A stretch of DNA of 64,000 nt, from positions 224,001 to 288,000 of the forward strand of contig CBDCQT010000005.1 of the NCBI GenBank assembly GCA_965220745.1. The letters are read 5' to 3'. Positions 63,165-64,000 of the stretch are shown here, piece after piece. The position numbers and the translations under genes were made by a program. Within the stretch, counting starts at the first letter, position 1. Every line of letters begins with the position of its first letter. Below the pieces are notes generated by a model. The model had not been told where the DNA came from. It made no database searches and saw only the letters and a list, made by a program, of their open reading frames with translations. The stretch comes from Alphaproteobacteria bacterium (GTDB taxonomy: Bacteria; Pseudomonadota; Alphaproteobacteria; UBA828).

Positions 63165-64000
63165 ATGGATGCCTCTTCCGATGCCCCGAAGGAGAAGGAC
63201 CAGCTGCGGTTCGTGATTTGCGGCGCCGCGGACGGAGGCAAATCGACCCTGCTCAAGTGTCTTCTGGACGAGTCGCAGACCGCGCTCGAGGGCAGCCCGC
63301 GGGCGGATCAGGGACCGGGCATCGCCACCGACGTCGCCTGGCGCCATTTCGAGACAGATAAGCGCAAGTTCATGGCAGCGGACGCGCCCGGTCACGAGCA
63401 AGACACGGGAACCGTGGCGATGGGCGCGGCGTCGGCGGACCTGGCGGTCATCCTGGTGGACGCGCGCACGGGCATCCTGACCCAGACCCGGCGCGACAGC
63501 TATGTCGTCTCCCTCATGGGCGTCCGGCAGGCCGTTCTCGCGGTCAACAAGATGGACCTGGCGGGCTATGCACAGGCGGTCTTCGAGGCCATCGCGGAGG
63601 AATACGCGGCCTTCGCCAATGAACTCGGGATCGAGAACGTCCACGCGATCCCGCTTTCCGCCTTGACCGGTGAGAACGTGCGCGCGGGCGGGAGTGCCAT
63701 GCCCTGGTATGCCGGCCCGACGCTCATGGAGGCGCTGGAAGGTGCGGACTCGGGAAGCGACCCCGCCCGCGGTTCCTTCCGCCTGCCGGTGCAGCGGATA
63801 GACCGCTCCGATCCGGACTCGCGCGGTCTAGTTGGCACCATCGCCTCGGGGCGCGGCGATGTCATTGCCGACCCGATCCGGCCGCCGGCCGCCGCCGACC
63901 AATTTGCGGCCCATCTGATCTGGCTGGACGAATCCGCGATGCTGCCCGGACGGACCTACGCCATCCGGATCGGCACCGCGTCGGCGACAGCACAAATCAC
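63165..64000 (+). CDS. degenerate CysN/NodQ-like GTPase-fold protein, 3'-truncated by window
   Basis: LRFVICGAADGGKSTL, KRKFMAADAPGHEQ, LTQTRR, VNKMDL, MPWYAGPTL, FRLPVQ, ADQFAAHLIW; open to the window end; alternative in-frame ATG at 63126. Confidence 0.82.
   Translation, partial: MDASSDAPKEKDQLRFVICGAADGGKSTLLKCLLDESQTALEGSPRADQGPGIATDVAWRHFETDKRKFMAADAPGHEQDTGTVAMGAASADLAVILVDARTGILTQTRRDSYVVSLMGVRQAVLAVNKMDLAGYAQAVFEAIAEEYAAFANELGIENVHAIPLSALTGENVRAGGSAMPWYAGPTLMEALEGADSGSDPARGSFRLPVQRIDRSDPDSRGLVGTIASGRGDVIADPIRPPAAADQFAAHLIWLDESAMLPGRTYAIRIGTASATAQI

Overview
This is a high-GC (about 68-70% by eye) alphaproteobacterial chromosome segment, mostly core genes: ffh-rpsP-rimM-trmD-rplS-leuCD, yggT-folD, argG, glnB-glnA, liuBC, tadA-ndk, clpS-clpA and gatCAB, plus ABC and TRAP transporters and catabolic enzymes. 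The left end holds the 3' end of a type I PKS with a catalytically dead, internally deleted AT domain, converging on PPTase, ACP and alpha/beta-hydrolase genes. That layout resembles the 'sup' PKS cassette of sponge symbionts (inference). The best candidate for an undescribed system is a low-GC islet beside tRNA-Arg(TCT) at 26.4-27.9 kb. It carries a translationally coupled operon of a 47-aa ORF, a Panacea/SocA-like (DUF4065-type) protein and a stand-alone proteasome-beta-fold Thr protease. Other accessory items are a RES-Xre TA pair whose toxin has a TGA at the GGRW Trp position, an orphan HigA, an unusual 161-aa antitoxin plus PIN toxin coupled to tadA, a nested palindromic MITE/REP element at 41.0-41.3 kb, a pyridoxine 4-oxidase-like GMC enzyme and a degenerate CysN at the right edge. 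No CRISPR array, rRNA, transposase or prophage was seen. All assignments come from motif recognition by eye; no searches were run.
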